A stretch of DNA of 35,025 bases from a virus. Lineage: Duplodnaviria; Caudoviricetes. How positions within the stretch are numbered: position 1 is the stretch's first letter; each line of letters opens with the position of its first letter. The position numbers were made by a program, and so were the translations under genes. Below are positions 32,618 through 35,025 of this stretch, piece by piece. The notes beneath the pieces are model-generated. The model did not search any database. It saw nothing but the letters and a program-made list of their open reading frames with translations, and had not been told where the DNA came from. The stretch spans positions 1-35,025 of IMG/VR virus record IMGVR_UViG_3300046095_000082; one strand, given 5' to 3'.

Positions 32618-34501
32618 TTACCAGCTCGTCATAAAGTTGTTTCGCGCTATTTTAGCCTGTCTGCGCCTATTCTGCGGTTCGGTTGGCTTTTCTGCCTCTT
32701 GTTTTGGCGTGATATTCAGTGACTTTTCGAACTGGTCCCAGATCGTTCGACGGTTGAAACGGGTGTAAAGCCACTGCAATGCGGCGTAGCCGTAGACCAA
32801 AGTGTCCAGCGCTTCGTTGCGCGCGCCCGACTTCTTGACCCATTCGCGTACGGGAAAACCCTTAACGTAGCGCGTGATCTGTTTTTCCGCGGTCAGCTGG
32901 TCGAAGTAGTCCCGCGGCAGCTCCGCGTGGAAATGAAAATAACCTGGCCCTGGCTCGTTCAGCTTCAGCCGTGCAAACACCGTCGACTTGATGGTGTCCG
33001 TGCCGACTGGGTAGACCTCGGCGCCAGACTTTATGGTGCGGCCCTTCCAGTTCAGATCCACCTTGCTGGGTTTGCCGATGGGCTGCTTGCCGCGTTGCGA
33101 CTGACCCTTGATGGCAAACACGTTGTGCGCCTTGCGGTCGCGTGCGTAGGCGTAGACCTCGCTGGTGTAGTGGCCGCCACTATCGATGGCCGTGGCCGCG
33201 ATCTTCATGGGTTGCGCCAACTCATGCGCCACCGGCTTCAGCACCACTTCGTCCAGCTGCGCCCACAGCTTCGGCTGCGACGGGTCGCCGTAGATCTCCA
33301 TGTGGTCGATGATCCAGCCTTCCTCGTCGCGGCCCCATCCCCACAGCGACACCGCCAGCCGGTTGTCCTGCACGTCGACCGAACAGGTGACGGCCAGCGT
33401 GCGCGCCGGCGCCACGCCTGGTGCGTAGAACTCGACGCGGTTTTTCAGATCATCAGCGCCCAGCTTGGCGCTGTAGTCGTCTTCCCACGTTTCGCCCAGA
33501 ACCGTGTTGACAAATGTCTTCAGCAGCGACGGGTCGCCCTTGGCCTGCATGAACTCGGCCGCGATCTCTGACCACGACTTCCAGCCCAGCGGCGAATACA
33601 GCGACGACAGGTGGAAACCCACCGTTTTGCCGTCACCTGGTGCAGTCGCGCGCCATTGGCCATTGGCCAGCATGTCGGCTTTGTGGCGTTCATCGATCAG
33701 CGTGCCGCATTCGTCGCAGGCATAGGCCGCCGTTTGCGGGTCGTCGTTGTCCCACTTTAGGTTTTTCCACTGCAGCCACTGGCTGTGGTCGCAATGCGGG
33801 CACGCCACGAAATACTTGCGCTGGTCGCTGCGCAGGTATTCGCGTTCGATGCGCGACACGTCTTTGACGGTCGGCGTGCTGCACATGTAGACCTTGCGCC
33901 GTGCAAACGTGGTGGTGCGCTTTTCCGCCAGCTGGATCGGATCGCCTTCGCCATCCACGTCCAGCGGGTATGCGTCGATCTCGTCCAAAAACAGGTAGCG
34001 CACTGGCATCGACCGCAGGCCGGCCGCACTGTTGGCGCCGCTGATGATCAGCACGCCGCCGTCGAACTCTTTGGTCATCATGCTGTTGGACGCGTCGCGG
34101 CTTGAATTGTTGGCGATGCGTTCGTGCAGGATCGGCGTTTCCTCGATCATGGGCGCCAAACGCTGCTTGCTGAACCGTTTGGCCGTGTCGACCGTCGGCT
34201 GCACCAGCAGCATGGGACCAGGCGCGTGATGGATCACGAAGCCCAGCCAGTTGTTGCCTGTCTCGGACTTGCCAACCTGGGCGCCGGCCATGAACACCAC
34301 GCGCTGCGCAGGGCTGCTTGGCGACATTTCGTCCATGATCTCGCGCAGGTAAGGCGTGCGCTCGGTGCGCCAGCGGCCAGGCTCGGCCGACGCTTTCTGC
34401 GACAGCATGCGGTGGCTGTCTGCCCATGTGCTGACTGTGTGATCTGGATCTGGTCGCAGGCCGTTTGCGAACGCCGTGCGGTAAACGATGGCGCCGTCCA
34501 T
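32618..34501 (-). CDS. Terminase large subunit (lambda gpA family)
   Basis: TPYLRE, AQVGKSE, LFLDEID, STPT, DVQD, IDSGG, RNEALD. Confidence 0.96.
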   Translation of the reverse strand: MDGAIVYRTAFANGLRPDPDHTVSTWADSHRMLSQKASAEPGRWRTERTPYLREIMDEMSPSSPAQRVVFMAGAQVGKSETGNNWLGFVIHHAPGPMLLVQPTVDTAKRFSKQRLAPMIEETPILHERIANNSSRDASNSMMTKEFDGGVLIISGANSAAGLRSMPVRYLFLDEIDAYPLDVDGEGDPIQLAEKRTTTFARRKVYMCSTPTVKDVSRIEREYLRSDQRKYFVACPHCDHSQWLQWKNLKWDNDDPQTAAYACDECGTLIDERHKADMLANGQWRATAPGDGKTVGFHLSSLYSPLGWKSWSEIAAEFMQAKGDPSLLKTFVNTVLGETWEDDYSAKLGADDLKNRVEFYAPGVAPARTLAVTCSVDVQDNRLAVSLWGWGRDEEGWIIDHMEIYGDPSQPKLWAQLDEVVLKPVAHELAQPMKIAATAIDSGGHYTSEVYAYARDRKAHNVFAIKGQSQRGKQPIGKPSKVDLNWKGRTIKSGAEVYPVGTDTIKSTVFARLKLNEPGPGYFHFHAELPRDYFDQLTAEKQITRYVKGFPVREWVKKSGARNEALDTLVYGYAALQWLYTRFNRRTIWDQFEKSLNITPKQEAEKPTEPQNRRRQAKIARNNFMTSW

Positions 34502-35016
34502 CAGTCGAACTTCAGATCTTCAAGTGCGCGGCGGATCTCTTTGGTCAGCATCTGATGCACTTTGAATTGGTTTGTCTCTGCGGCCAGCACGCCGGCCACA
34601 CGGTCTGGCAGGTTCAGCAGTGCGTCACGCACCTGCCTGGCTGCCTTGAATGATTCGCGCTGCACCACGTCAGCTTCAACCAGCTTGCCTTCGCGCTGTT
34701 CCAGTTCCAGTTCCGCCAGGCGCATCTTGAACTGTTCGTGCTTGGCGCGGGCCTCTGCGTAGGTCATCGGCTCGTCTGAATCGACACGTTCCGCCGAAGT
34801 GTCGATCTCAGGCTTGCGTTTCGACACGTGTGCCGCCGCGCCAGTCAGGCTGTCGGTGTTTTCTGCCCACTCTTTGTCGGCAGCCTCGACGTCGATCAGG
34901 TATCGGCCAGACGGTTTGGCAGTGACGGACTTGACCAAACGGCCAGATTTAATGGCCGCCAAGACCGCCTGCAGGGTGACTTTGCGGTGTTTAGCGTAGT
35001 GACTAGGTGGGATCAT
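34501..35016 (-). CDS. Terminase small subunit (Nu1-like)
   Basis: N-terminal winged HTH (YAKHRKV...AV..AIKSGR), 'LELEQREGKLV'; coupled to the large subunit. Confidence 0.85.
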   Translation of the reverse strand: MIPPSHYAKHRKVTLQAVLAAIKSGRLVKSVTAKPSGRYLIDVEAADKEWAENTDSLTGAAAHVSKRKPEIDTSAERVDSDEPMTYAEARAKHEQFKMRLAELELEQREGKLVEADVVQRESFKAARQVRDALLNLPDRVAGVLAAETNQFKVHQMLTKEIRRALEDLKFD

Positions 35017-35025
35017 GGGTTAAAT

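Overview
The window is an apparently near-complete, unintegrated genome of a GC-rich (roughly 60% by eye) temperate lambda-like siphovirus of a proteobacterial host. Both ends stop just short of the cos site. Minus strand, 35016 to 13107: terminase, gpW-like adaptor, lambda-type portal, protease-capsid fusion, head-tail and tail genes (G/GT -1 frameshift, tape measure, M/L/K/I/J), two side fibres with a shared N-terminal anchor, and an expanded lysis block. A divergent control region at ~8890-9017 drives two early arms. The rightward arm holds a RecE-like nuclease, a Rap1a-like protein, a Sak4-like ATPase, Xis, attP (tRNA-Lys 3' end), an integrase and TraR. The leftward arm holds a Cro-like HTH, SF2 helicase, SSB, VRR-NUC, many small ORFs and a PrimPol-VirE protein, followed by an iteron origin. 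No CI-type repressor is visible. The most notable candidates are: (1) a three-hairpin small RNA whose anti-Shine-Dalgarno loop matches the RBSs of two operon-leading genes; (2) an H-type pseudoknot/terminator abutting the RBS ahead of the primase; (3) a 144-aa AT-rich putative carbohydrate-binding insertion in gpL; (4) recurring ssrA-tag-like ANDN motifs. Family names are from motif recognition only; no searches were run, and no novel system is demonstrated.
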